A DNA stretch of 64,000 bases from Candidatus Poribacteria bacterium (lineage in GTDB: Bacteria; Poribacteria; WGA-4E; PCPOR2b), in assembly GCA_965218095.1 (NCBI GenBank), contig OZ244587.1:3648001-3712000 (forward strand). Reading direction: 5' to 3'. The translations under genes and the position numbers were made by a program. How positions within the stretch are numbered: the stretch's first letter is position 1; each line of letters begins with the position of its first letter. The notes under the pieces are model-generated. The model was given only the letters and a program-made list of their open reading frames with translations, had not been told where the DNA came from and did no database searches. Shown piece after piece: positions 11,041-22,050 of this stretch.

Positions 11041-11825
11041 GGACGTGTTGACATTTATGGCATAATAACGATATGTCAACACTTAACCTTATCCGATAAT
11101 CAATGGTCAAAAATAGCAGCATTCCTGCAAACCTGTTCCGATGTCTACACCGGACAGCAAGCGAACTTAAAACGTTTTGTCCAAGCAGTGCTTTGGATAA
11201 CTCGTAGTGGTAGTCAATGGCGACTCCTACCAAAAGAGTACGGCAGTTGGAACAGCGTCTATAAACGATTCGCCCGCTGGTGCGATAAAGGCATCTTCCA
11301 ACGGCTGCATCAACACTTTGTCAACGACCCAGATATGGTGACAGTACCATCTGCCGCGCTCACCCCTGTGCTGCAGGGGGTTTGAAAACAAGTGGCGGTC
11401 AAGCCTCACAGGCACTCGGACGTAATGCGGGTGGATTTTCAACCAAAATTCACATCACGGTTGATGGCTTAGGCAATCCATTATGTTTTGCGCTGACGGC
11501 TAGACAACGCCACGCCATGACTTGTGCAGAAGGGTATAGCAGTGAGTATGTGATAGCCGACTCAGCGTATGACGCGGATTCATTGGTGCAGTTGATAACC
11601 CGTATGGGTGCAGAGCTAGTGATTCGTCCCCGTATCAACCGCCGTGAGTCACGAGACTATGATACGCATCTGTACCGAGAGAGACATCGGGTGGAATGCT
11701 TCATCAACAAAATCAAGCACTATAGGCGTATCTTCAGTCGTTTTGATAAGTTAGCGGGTCGCTATTTGGGGTTTCTGAGTTTCGTTGCTGCGATTATCTG
11801 GTTACGATGAAATGTCAACAGAACC
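11041..11825 (+). mobile_element. IS5 family (IS427-type) element, divergent degenerate copy
   Basis: Ends GGACGTGTTGACATTT / AAATGTCAACAGAACC flanked by TA; fragmented transposase (WRLLPKEYGSWNSVYKRF; GGFSTKIH; RHRVECFINKIK). Confidence 0.88.
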
Positions 11826-11855
11826 TAGACATCGCAGCGCTCGCGGAGTCCATCG

Positions 11856-12805
11856 TTATTGGAGGGACCGATACCGATGAGGTAGGCCGTCCGCCCAGGC
11901 GAGTTCTTCTGGGTCGTTGGCGCTGACTGCGGCAATTAGGAAGACATCCTGATCGCCCCCCTCGCTGGCAGGGCGTGGCTCAAAAGCATTGCACATCATC
12001 AACCCTTGCGCTACGCTACTTGCTTCACGCTCGACTCCCATGTTACGGCTCCGCACGTAATAATGTCCGCCCCCGATGATCCGTTTCGCGATCCTCACAG
12101 CAATCTCGTTGATGTACCTCAGATCCCGTGCATGAATATCCGCAAGTCGTTCCAGGAGGATGTCCACATACTGACGTCCGATGGAACCCGCCGGTGGCCT
12201 GCCTGTTGCGAGTGTATGGGCGACCTCGGCGGCGATCATCCAGTGAATCGCGCACGTCCCATTCGACGATCCGGGGCAGATCTCCATCTCCGGGATTTCA
12301 GGCGCATGCACCAGTCCTTGATGCCATGGAATGTGTGAATCGATGACACGCGATGCCACATCTTCCGGCCTCCAATTATTGACATTCGGTACGACCTTGC
12401 CCGGCGGCGTATTTCGGTTATTGACGTAGCAAGTGGTAAATACGACGACATATACTTCGGCGTCGCGGATGTCGCGCACCGATTCGCTGATGTCGTTGGT
12501 GAGCAGGACATCACCCGCCTGCATCGCCGCAAATTGCTCCGGCGTGCACGTGTTCGCCCTGATAAATCGAACTGCGCCGGATTGCCCTCACGGTCGTTCT
12601 CTAACTCATACTTCGGCATGTGGCCAGCCGTCACGTTGGCATAGACCTTGGTGCCCGCGTGGATTGCATCGGCAGCTATTGCTGAGACTTCAGCAAGAAT
12701 CACCGCATCACCACGGATGTCCTGCAATAACTTGACGATGTTTTGATAATACCCTTCCCCGAATGGGATGGTGTGTCCCCAGTTATGCTCTGGGTGGATG
12801 TTCAT
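11856..12805 (-). pseudogene. hypothetical protein (possibly SIS-like fold), frameshifted
   Basis: ORFs 12236..12805 and 11856..12524 join by a frameshift near 12560; RBS GAGGA upstream of 12805. Confidence 0.5.
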
Positions 12806-13014
12806 AACTCAATGTCCTCTCGTGATTATACCTAAAAATCTGACTCCCAAATTTCCTGGAGCTCAAGAACAAATCCCGGCAACACCAGTCCCCCAAATCT
12901 TCTCCTTGGATCTGTAATGAGACGTTGAATACTAAGAGTTAGTTCAACACGAACCGGACAAACCTTGAGCGAATCGAAAAATCTCAACCTTGTACGGACT
13001 TATGAAATCGATCA

Positions 13015-15732
13015 CTAAACCGGCTCAACGCGAACCGGACAAACCTTGAGCTCTGCTGTCTCCGTAATCGGATCGTAGCCGGAGCCCGTCAGGATGTTCA
13101 CGGGCACGTCGCTGAAGCTGAAGCTGGCGAAGACTGTCCCACGCGGGGAACGGTTTGTGGATTTCACCTTAATCTTCACCGAGCCGCGTACACTTGACAA
13201 CTCACACCACCCACCGTCGGTGAGGCCCCATCCCTTGACATTGGCGGGATTCACCTCAAGCGCCTCTTCGGATAACAGATAGTCAATGCCCTGTGCCCGA
13301 CCGGTTTGTGTGCGCGTGTGGTAAGATTGGAGCCGGCGTCCAGTTGTGAGCCAGACGGGGAATTTCTCGCTAATCGTCTCCGCCGGGTCTCGGTAATGAA
13401 CGACTGAAAAAATGCCACGACCGTTCACAAATTCGCCCTCGTGCAATCTGGGGGTGCCGAGGTGATTCTTGTCAGGCACGGGCCACTGGTACTCGCTCTT
13501 GTCAATGCGGTCCCAATCCAGTCCAGCGTAAATCGGCGAGACGCTGCAAAGCTCGTTGAAGACCTCTTTCGTTGACGCAAAATCGAAGCCCTGAAAGCCC
13601 ATCCTCCGGGCGAGTTGGCAGATAATCCACCAGTCAGGCTTCGCTTGACCCGGCGGTAGCACAGCTGCACGGAGGCGCTGGACGCGACGTTCCGTGTTCG
13701 TACAAACTCCGTCGGTTTCCCCAAAAGCTGTCGCGGGGAGGATGACATCGGCAAGCTGCGCCGTATCGGTCAGGAAAATGTCAATGACGACGAGATGATC
13801 CAAGCTCCGCAGCGCGTGCTCACAGTGCTTTCGGTCAGGGTCGGAGAGCAGGGTGTTCTCGCCGTCAATGAGCATTGCGTGGATTTGGTCGCCGCAGAGG
13901 TTAAGCGCCGTGACTTTAGTGATGCCTTTCTCAAGGTCAATCTCCGTGCCGTAGAGTGCTTTGAACTTCGCCTGGTTCGCCGGGGCCATGACGGACTGGA
14001 AGCCCGGATAGTTGTTCGGGAGCGCGCCACTATCCCCTGCGCCCTGAATGTTGTTCTGACCGCGCATGGGGTTGATGCCGGTTCCTTCGCGGCCGACATT
14101 GCCGGTCATGAGGACGAGGTTGCAGAGGCTTTGCACGTTATCAACGCCGCAGATATGCTCGGTGATGCCGAGCGTGTAGTAGATTGCGGCTTTCTCCGAT
14201 TTGCCATACCACAGCGCGGCGGTCTCAATGTCCTTGGCAGGCACACCCGTAATTTCCTCCGCCCACATCGGCGTAAATTCGACGAGGTGTTCGAGGAAGG
14301 CGTCGCTGTCCGTCGTGCGATGCTCGATAAAACTTCGGTCAATAAGCCCCTCGCGGGCAATGACGTGCGCCATTCCGAGCAACAGGGCGACATCCGAGCC
14401 GACCCGGAGTGGCAGATAGAGGTCTGATAATTCTGCGAGCCCAATGCGCCGTGGGTCGGCGACAATCAACTTCGCGCCGCGTGCAATCGCCTTCTTGAGG
14501 CGCGTTGCTGCGACAGGGTGGCACTCCGTCATATTCGTGCCGATGCAGAAAATCACATCAGGCTTCTCCATGTCAACCAGCGGATTCGACATGGCACCGC
14601 GTCCGATTGTGGCTGCCAGACCGGCAACCGTCGGGGCGTGTCAGGCACGGCTACAGTTGTCGATGTAGTTTGTGCCGAAGCCAACGCGGATGAACTTCTG
14701 CATGAGATAAGCTGCCTCGCTCGGCGCACGACCCGAGGCGACGCCATAGATGCTGTGCCTGCCATGCTTATCGTGCACTTTACGGAAGCCCTTGGCTGCA
14801 CGCTCAAGCGCCTCGTCCCAACTTGCCTCGTGGAGCTCGCCATCCTCGCCACGAACAAGCGGCACCGTAAGCCGGTCGGGGTGGTGCACAAAGTCGAAGG
14901 CGAACTGGCCCTTGACGCAGAGGGCCCCCTCGTTTGCGGGCCCGTCCATCGCCGGGTGGATGCCGACTATTCTATCCGCCTTGGTCAGGAGGTCGATCGA
15001 GCAGCCGACGCCGCAGTAGGGACAGATCGTACGTGTTTTCTCGATTTCACCCGGCAAATCGACCGCACGCATCGCCTTCTTGTCGGCAAGCGCCCCGGTC
15101 GGACAGGTCTGCACACACTGCCCACAAAAGGTGCACGCGGAGTCCTTCAACGTCCCATTAAACTCGGTGGCGATCTGCGTGTGGAAGCCGCGATTCATGA
15201 CGCTGATTGCGTAGTCTCCCTCTTGCTCGGCGCAAACGCGCACGCAGCGGTAGCAGGAAATGCAGAGGTCGTAATCGCGCAGGATAAACGGGTTGGCGTC
15301 GTCTGTATTGCTCGTTCCTGACTGCGCTCCCATGAAACGCCCTGTGCGCGTCCCGTAACGGTTGACGAGAGCCGTCAGTTCCTGCGAAGCATAGCCACGT
15401 AGCGAATCAACATCAAGTTCACGGTTCTCGGAAACAACCATTTCCAGCAAGGTCTTTCGGTACTTATCGATCTCCTCGGCCGCCGTACGGACGACCATAC
15501 CGGGCACCGCTTTCGTCGTGCAGGACGCTACCGGATTCCGAGTCCCTTCAAGTTCGACAACACAGAGGCGACAACCGCCAAAGGCTTCAAGGCGTGGGTC
15601 GTAGCAGAGCGTCGGGATGTGCTTTCGATGCTGCTCCGCGACCTCGTAGATTGTTTCGCCTTCGGTGAAGGTAACTTCCTTTCCGTCAAGTGTTATTGTA
15701 GCGAGTTTCTTCTGTTTCTGATTTGAATTCAT
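13015..15732 (-). CDS. fdhF: formate dehydrogenase alpha subunit, selenocysteine-containing, about 905 aa
   Basis: N-terminal 2Fe-2S/4Fe-4S motifs, CPYCGVGC; NCSRA-TGA-HAPTVAGL at 14641-14643 in frame with ORF 13015..14592; RGQNNIQG and molybdopterin-binding C-domain. Confidence 0.93.
14611..14629 (-). promoter_or_regulatory. bacterial SECIS element
   Basis: GGTTGCCGGTCTGGCAGCC hairpin with GU in the apical loop, starting 11 nt after the UGA; resembles the E. coli fdhF SECIS. Confidence 0.85.
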
Positions 15733-16292
15733 TTACTCTACCTCCATTAATTCCATAAGCCTTTGGACGTATTTCTGCCCAAACTGGTGGCTATACAGCA
15801 GGGCGTGTAACTGCCGTGCCCCTGTGTTTCTATCGATTCCGTACATTTCACCCTCTAAAGGAGATGATTTCTGGGTATCAGTGTCACTCCATAGTGTGAT
15901 TTCTGTTTCAAAGCTCTCTTTAACAAAGTTTTCCCCCAGACGGAGCACCGCGGACCACCAGTCTCCTCGCGGTTGCAATTCAAACACTTTCAAGACAAAA
16001 AACCCCCTCTCCAAAAAGTTTCTGCAAAGATAGGCTGTCGAAGAAACTGGCAGATTTCAGCATCAGCCTCCTCCAAAAAATCTGCATCCAACAAATACCA
16101 GCGCCCAGCTCTAGCAAGGTATTCTCGCTCATTTTCTGCCGCGCTCAAATCTCTAAAATCCGATTGGCGCAAATAAAACGTGCAAATCCGTTCACCAATT
16201 CTTCGGATGCCTCCATTGACGCCGTGCCCTTGAGACATCCTCAGTGGATTCACTGCATCCCCTACTACGTTGCTGAGCAAATGATTGACCAA
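15733..16292 (-). pseudogene. hypothetical protein, probably frameshifted
   Basis: Two overlapping ORFs; final TAA abuts the formate dehydrogenase ATG; no family recognised. Confidence 0.3.
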
Positions 16293-16327
16293 ATGGAGAA
16301 CCTCACTAAATAGTTTCCTGGGGATTT

Positions 16328-18610
16328 TTAAGCGCCTGTCGTCCGAATCTGCTTTGAAACAGTGAGTATTGATTTAATCACGACAATGATTGGGGTGGCA
16401 AGCACCACCCCCCAAAATCCGAGTATCGAAGCGCCGACAATCACACCAAACATCAGAAGCACGGGGTCAATGTCAACAGCACTGCTCATAATTCTGGGTG
16501 TAATCAGGGAGTTATCGACTGCCTGAATACCGAAGATTGCACCGAATAAAGCGGCGAGGCGAATTAGAAAGCCTGCCGCTTCAAAATTCCCTGCCGCAAA
16601 TCCGATTAGTAGTGAAAGAACAGCAAACGCGCCGCCAATAAACGGGCCAACGGTCGGAATCGCGTTGCACACCCCCGCAAATAACCCAACGAGCAGAGCG
16701 AAGGGCACACCAATAACCCCATACACGATTGCCGAAATAATAGCGATAATCAGAATGATGGTGATTTGCCCACCTAGGTACGACTGTAGATTTTTGTCAA
16801 TCTCAGTTAGATAGCGCTTAACCTCTTCGCGTTTGTCCTGGGGAAACAGATTGATAAAATTCCAGATATAATCCATAAAGGCCTGGCTCGCGTAGATGAA
16901 AATCATGAAGACGAAAAGCGCAGTCGCCAAAAAGCCGCCGAATCCAATAGTCACCGATGTGACGCCTTTGAAAAGCTGTCCGATAAAATTGCTCCCTATC
17001 TGTGCTAATGTCGGCAATTTGGTTGTCAGGTACTCGTACATCTGTTTGACCCCGCCTTTGAGCGGTGGATTCGCCTCCAGCCTGGAGAGAATCCCCTTAT
17101 CTACCTGTATCACTTTCCATTCTGCATCTAAATCTGTGCGATGATAAAGTACATCGCTACTTCCTGCGTAAAGTATTTGATGGGAGAATGGCACGAGCAA
17201 TGAAACTGATTCGACAGGCATTTCTTCGACTGCTCTGATCCAACCCCTCCTCTGCGCCCACCGGTATAAGCCCACCGGTGTTTCTGATAAACCCACCGAT
17301 GTTCCTGCGTAAAGCTGCACTTTGCCATTCACAGCCACGACAGTCAAGGCTCGGATAGGTTGACCTTCTGGACCATCCGAGCTTATCAGAGACCAGGTTT
17401 CGCCTGTGTTGGAACTCACGTAAACGCCCTGGTCCGACGCGATATAGAGCTCCCCTGTGACTCCGGGAGCAAAGGCGATACTCTGGACGGAGAGCGCTGT
17501 TGGAGATGTGGTGCCCACCTGAAGAATCTCCCACTTTTTACCCTCATCATCACTACGATATAGCCCAACGTCAGTTCCCACGTAGATCGGGGAATCGTCA
17601 TAGGTTGGGATGGCGATGGCTTGCACCGATTTTCCGCCGAAAGTTTCAACCGCTATCGGTTCCCAGATTTCGGTGTCTTTTTGTGCTGATCCAGGAATTG
17701 CACGAGTATACAGACCCCTTGCTGTGCCCGCATAAAGCCGGTGCTTTCCAGCAGCGACGGATTGAATGGGCTGACCAATTAGATCCTCGCTTGTCAGATC
17801 TTGGATTTGATCTTTGGGCTCATGTAAAAATGAAAGGCGCAAGGGCGAGGGAAGTTTGGAAATCACGGATTTGGATTTGTCCTCTGCATGCGTTCTTAAC
17901 ATGAGCGGATCTTCGCCGAGTTTATGGCGATAGATGCCGTGTGCGGTTCCCAGATAGATCGCAGCTGGATTATCAGGCTGGATGGCAAAAGCGTGCAATT
18001 TATCATCAACGACATACGGCACAACCGATTGGTAATAGAATCTCTTTAATCCTTTGCCCATCTGCTTTGACTGCTGGGCAACCTGGGGTACGACATAGAA
18101 GAATAACAGGACAAACGCACCAAATGCTAGCACTGTCAGTATCCCCCGTGCGTATCCCCTGGATAATCGCAGCCGCCTGCCTTTGGGCAGTGATATATCT
18201 TGCATCGTGTTCAGCAGAAGACGGAAGAGATAAGCGAGGCCGAAGCCGAGAATAAAAGGCATCAGCACGCTGAACAAATCTCTGAACAGCCAGATTCCTA
18301 TCAGTGCGATGAGCGTATCAACAACGCTCGGTACGCCAATCAAGGCACGGAGACGAGCCAAGAGCACAATCAGGAGGATTGCAATCATCGGATGCAGCAG
18401 CAAAATGTCCATGCCGTTTGCATCCTCCGTATTTGTCCCCCTATAGTGAGCGAATGCAACCCAGGTGGCAACAAGCACGATGGCGACAATCGCGACAATC
18501 GTACTTCCACAGATCTGTTCATCAGGGATGGGAGGCTTTGAAGAAGATGTATTATTCATCTGTTCATCCTCCGTTTCGAGAGGAAGCAGGTTAGAAAAGT
18601 TGTGAGGCAT
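16328..18610 (-). CDS. AI-2E family transporter with inserted BNR/beta-propeller domain
   Basis: PFILGFGLAYL at the N-terminus; YLGGQ, IPTVGPFIG, DNSLITPRIM, GFWGVVLATP at the C-terminus; Asp-box repeats GLYRSDDEGKKW and GVYVSSNTGETW between. Confidence 0.88.
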   Translation of the reverse strand: MPHNFSNLLPLETEDEQMNNTSSSKPPIPDEQICGSTIVAIVAIVLVATWVAFAHYRGTNTEDANGMDILLLHPMIAILLIVLLARLRALIGVPSVVDTLIALIGIWLFRDLFSVLMPFILGFGLAYLFRLLLNTMQDISLPKGRRLRLSRGYARGILTVLAFGAFVLLFFYVVPQVAQQSKQMGKGLKRFYYQSVVPYVVDDKLHAFAIQPDNPAAIYLGTAHGIYRHKLGEDPLMLRTHAEDKSKSVISKLPSPLRLSFLHEPKDQIQDLTSEDLIGQPIQSVAAGKHRLYAGTARGLYTRAIPGSAQKDTEIWEPIAVETFGGKSVQAIAIPTYDDSPIYVGTDVGLYRSDDEGKKWEILQVGTTSPTALSVQSIAFAPGVTGELYIASDQGVYVSSNTGETWSLISSDGPEGQPIRALTVVAVNGKVQLYAGTSVGLSETPVGLYRWAQRRGWIRAVEEMPVESVSLLVPFSHQILYAGSSDVLYHRTDLDAEWKVIQVDKGILSRLEANPPLKGGVKQMYEYLTTKLPTLAQIGSNFIGQLFKGVTSVTIGFGGFLATALFVFMIFIYASQAFMDYIWNFINLFPQDKREEVKRYLTEIDKNLQSYLGGQITIILIIAIISAIVYGVIGVPFALLVGLFAGVCNAIPTVGPFIGGAFAVLSLLIGFAAGNFEAAGFLIRLAALFGAIFGIQAVDNSLITPRIMSSAVDIDPVLLMFGVIVGASILGFWGVVLATPIIVVIKSILTVSKQIRTTGA
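17815..17907. mobile_element. MITE inserted in-frame in the AI-2E gene
   Basis: Ends TGGGCTCATGTAAAAA / TTCTTAACATGAGCG; GATCTT direct repeat at 17809-17814 and 17908-17913; same ends as the element at 29011. Confidence 0.8.
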
Positions 18611-18764
18611 CTTTGCGAGTATCTGCTATATTATAGCATAATCGCACGCCGATAACGGATTATTTTCGGTGGGAATTCTCCAACCGTTCAGTGTCGAAAG
18701 GGGTTTCGCCGATTTGGTAATGATTCTCAATTCAAGTAACACTTCTGGGTGTGCCTATGTAGAC

Positions 18765-19895
18765 TCATGTAACCGACGACCTCTTCTTCGCTTCAATCTG
18801 TGGCATGTAGTTCTCCCTGCCAATCTGAGGTTTCTTGTTATCCATGCGCGAACTTTTCGGGAAGAGTCTGAGGCTGCGGTTCTCAAGGGGGAGTCTCACC
18901 GGTATGTGCCCCCGCCGGTGCGATTCCCGTAGCGCAATCGCGATTTCCAGGACCTTACGCCCGTTGTCACCGCTGCCCCTGGGCTCGATGTCCATTTCGA
19001 GCGCATCGACAATGGACTGCACGGTTGCGATGTTGCGGTCTCCGGCCCATCTCCAGCCTTCCTCATCATAGGTATTGCTCGTTCTGCCATAAACGCTGGT
19101 TTCAGGGAACACGCCCTCTACTTTCTTGAGGTCTGCCCATGTCGGTCGGTTTATACCCTCCTCGGCTTTCCAGAGGTGGAGAAAGCCATTATTACTGCGG
19201 AATACCCCCCGGCTGCACAAGACCTCGAATCCGTTGCCCCTGGCATCGGGGTCGCGGTGCATAAAGGCTTCGATGCCATTCACGAAGCGTACATACCCTG
19301 CTACCCCCTGATCATGATCACTTTGCGGATCGTCGGCGACCCAGCCAATCACCCAGGCAACATCGGCATCTCTGGCAAACATGCGCATCAGACTAAAAAG
19401 CTGGCAGCCACCGCCTGACATCTCTGCACCGCTCCCGCCGGTAAAGTTGATGCTTTTGACTTCGCCGAGCTCACCCGACTCGATGATTTTGCGGGCCTTC
19501 CAGTACTGTGGCACATTTCGGTCAAGGTCACCAGAGCCGAACTTGATTCCTCGCGATCGGCACGCTTCCACCATACGGTCGGCATCCTCAAGCGTTGCTG
19601 CGATGGGCTTCTCGCAGAGAATTGCTTTCACGCCCGATTCGGCACACCCGGTGACGACTTCGGGGTTTGGCCTGACAGGCAGGATAGGCGCAGCGATGTC
19701 AATTTGTTCTTTCTCAAGCATCTCCCTATAATCGCTGTACCCCGGAACATTGAAATACCTACAGTACAACCCCAGGTTTTCGGGGTCGGTGTCAGCCAAT
19801 GCGACGACTTCCGTCAAGGGGTTGAGCGCGTAAGCCCGCGCATGCTGTCCCCCCTTCCTGCCGCAGCCTATCACCCCCACTCGATATTTAGCCAT
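18765..19895 (-). CDS. Gfo/Idh/MocA oxidoreductase
   Basis: VGVIGCG Rossmann start; ILCEKP motif. Confidence 0.9.
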   Translation of the reverse strand: MAKYRVGVIGCGRKGGQHARAYALNPLTEVVALADTDPENLGLYCRYFNVPGYSDYREMLEKEQIDIAAPILPVRPNPEVVTGCAESGVKAILCEKPIAATLEDADRMVEACRSRGIKFGSGDLDRNVPQYWKARKIIESGELGEVKSINFTGGSGAEMSGGGCQLFSLMRMFARDADVAWVIGWVADDPQSDHDQGVAGYVRFVNGIEAFMHRDPDARGNGFEVLCSRGVFRSNNGFLHLWKAEEGINRPTWADLKKVEGVFPETSVYGRTSNTYDEEGWRWAGDRNIATVQSIVDALEMDIEPRGSGDNGRKVLEIAIALRESHRRGHIPVRLPLENRSLRLFPKSSRMDNKKPQIGRENYMPQIEAKKRSSVT

Positions 19896-20019
19896 TGGAA
19901 AATCCTCCTTGTATGAAATAGAAAGTGTAGAACCGCAGATTAGGTAGGATTTCGCGGATCAGATGTGTGTGTAAGGACAGTTTCTTATCTCTGTAATCCT
20001 ATAAATCCGTGGTTCTAAT

Positions 20020-21126
20020 TCACCATAATCTTTGAGCATTCAGCCGTTCTTCGTCCAGTTCCATCCCCAATCCGGGACCGTCCGGAACAATGATATGTCC
20101 TCCCTCGTAGCGCATCCGCTCCTTGACTATATGCTCATGGTAAACCAACGGGCCGGCAGGGTAGCATGGGAAATCCAGGTTAGGCATCGCCGCCACCAGA
20201 TGGACGCGGGCAGCAGTGCCGATGGAGAGCTCGACAGTGCTGCCCAATAACGTCTTGATGCCGAAGATCTCCGCCATCCCAAACATCTTACGACAGGCTG
20301 TCATGCCCGCATAACCCACACCGAGATTGAAGACATCCACCGCCTTGTGACGTGCTAAACGGACGGCTACAGAGGTGTCTGAAACGTGTTCACTGATCGG
20401 CAACTCCACCGCTTGTTTTACGTCGAGAAAATCCTCGGCAGGAGCATGATGGCGGTCTTTGACAGGTGATTCAACGAGATTCGGTTTGAAGGGGACGAAG
20501 CGACGAATAACATCAATCGCCGTTTCCACGTCAAACCGTCCACTCGCATCCAAAGCGTTGATCTCCACCCCATCCCCCCACCGTTTGCGAAGCTCGGTTA
20601 GGAAACGTTCGTCCAGCATCAGGTTGGCGCCAAAGTAATAGCGAATCGTCGAATGTCCCTGGTCCAGCAACCTCTTGATGCGCCTCAGGTTCGCTTCAAC
20701 ATCGGGCTCAGTCTGGCATCGGGCAAGTGGGTAAGCAAAGGGAATCCGCTCACGGTATTTGCCACCGAACAGTTGATAGACGGGCACATCCAGCGCCTTG
20801 CCAATAGCATCGTGGAGTGCGATGTCTGCCCCAGCCATGACTTGGTGCTCCCACTCCTGCTGTCCCAAGGCGACTTGGATCGCGGTCAGGTCGAACGGAC
20901 TCCGCCCGACAAGCAGCGGCTCCAGTCGAGCGTGCAGACCGCTAACCGTTCCCGGGGTAAGAGAAAAGTTGACATCCGACATCTCTCCGAGACCGGTGAT
21001 GCCCGCATCGGTTTGCAGCCGGATGATAACGTGGTGCGAAACCGCCTTCTCCGAATCCGAGGGGCTAGTGCGCCCCATTTCGCGTGTTGAATAAACCGGA
21101 ATTAACTCGACACCTGTAATCTTCAT
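20020..21126 (-). CDS. mandelate racemase/muconate lactonizing enzyme family protein
   Basis: TDAGITGLGE, DIALHDAIGKALDVPVYQLFGG, VPDGPGLG. Confidence 0.9.
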   Translation of the reverse strand: MKITGVELIPVYSTREMGRTSPSDSEKAVSHHVIIRLQTDAGITGLGEMSDVNFSLTPGTVSGLHARLEPLLVGRSPFDLTAIQVALGQQEWEHQVMAGADIALHDAIGKALDVPVYQLFGGKYRERIPFAYPLARCQTEPDVEANLRRIKRLLDQGHSTIRYYFGANLMLDERFLTELRKRWGDGVEINALDASGRFDVETAIDVIRRFVPFKPNLVESPVKDRHHAPAEDFLDVKQAVELPISEHVSDTSVAVRLARHKAVDVFNLGVGYAGMTACRKMFGMAEIFGIKTLLGSTVELSIGTAARVHLVAAMPNLDFPCYPAGPLVYHEHIVKERMRYEGGHIIVPDGPGLGMELDEERLNAQRLW

Positions 21127-21153
21127 CTTTTCTCCTATGGCTGAATCTTACGG

Positions 21154-22050
21154 TCAAGGTTGAAAAGGCACTCCTGTCCGGCGTAAATCTTTGGTAATGG
21201 CAATCTGGCAGGTCACATAGGCACCGTCGTTTTTGAAGCTGCGGCTGTTCAGGGTGCCAGCGGCATAGCCGGGCACGGCGTCGCCGATAGTGCCGACGAT
21301 AAGGTTGGCGTGCTCCGGCGTGGTATCGTACAGATGCGATACCAGCACCACCATGTCAGTCCAGGCGAGTTTCAAGGCTTCCTCCCAATTGCCCGCCATG
21401 CCGGAGGTGAGGTAAGCGTCCTGGGTTTCTACCACGATGCCGTTTGTGGGAAAACCGGAAACACGGTCCACCTTCAGGGTAATAACGGAGTCAATCTCAA
21501 CGCCGGTGCCAGTCAGTTCACCATCGCCCATGCGGGCGTGGACATCGCCGAGGGTGAGGTAGCCGCCCGATTTCTGAGCACGAATGTACACGGTGCTGCC
21601 GGGACAGATAGAGTTATAATCCATGTTGCCGCCGGAAGCGCAATAATTCCCGGTGGCCGCTTCGAGTTGAATGACGCCGATCATGGGTTTGATGGGTACG
21701 ACAAAGTCCGGTGAAAAGTGAAGCAGGCCGTCTCTGACTGGCGCCACCGAGCGCAGGCTGCCACGAAAGGGACCACCGTTATTGTAATAGCCGTAGGGAC
21801 CCACCTCCATGTCAATAATCTCTATGGAAACCCAGTCGCCGGGTTCGATATCTTCGATAAGAAACGGTCCGCCGGGACGCGAACCGCGCGGCGTGGTCAA
21901 TTCTGGGACGACACCGGGGTAGAGGTCGCCATCAGCGCCACCCGGAGTTTCAATAATCACGGTTTTGCCGAGTTCCAGTGCGCCTCTGACTTGGCCGCGT
22001 TCTGGGTCGTCCGGTCCAGTATAGTAGGGGGTTCGAGTGAAGCGTCGCAT
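21154..22050 (-). CDS. acetamidase/formamidase family protein
   Basis: GPFLIEDIEPGD, GGNMD, GDVHARMGDGE, GTGVE motifs. Confidence 0.88.
   Translation of the reverse strand: MRRFTRTPYYTGPDDPERGQVRGALELGKTVIIETPGGADGDLYPGVVPELTTPRGSRPGGPFLIEDIEPGDWVSIEIIDMEVGPYGYYNNGGPFRGSLRSVAPVRDGLLHFSPDFVVPIKPMIGVIQLEAATGNYCASGGNMDYNSICPGSTVYIRAQKSGGYLTLGDVHARMGDGELTGTGVEIDSVITLKVDRVSGFPTNGIVVETQDAYLTSGMAGNWEEALKLAWTDMVVLVSHLYDTTPEHANLIVGTIGDAVPGYAAGTLNSRSFKNDGAYVTCQIAITKDLRRTGVPFQP

Noticed and set aside
13094-15321. Long plus-strand ORFs (210 and 267 aa) over the formate dehydrogenase gene
   Set aside because: Antisense shadows of a GC-rich gene with no recognisable motifs; the same applies to most short overlapping ORFs in the track.
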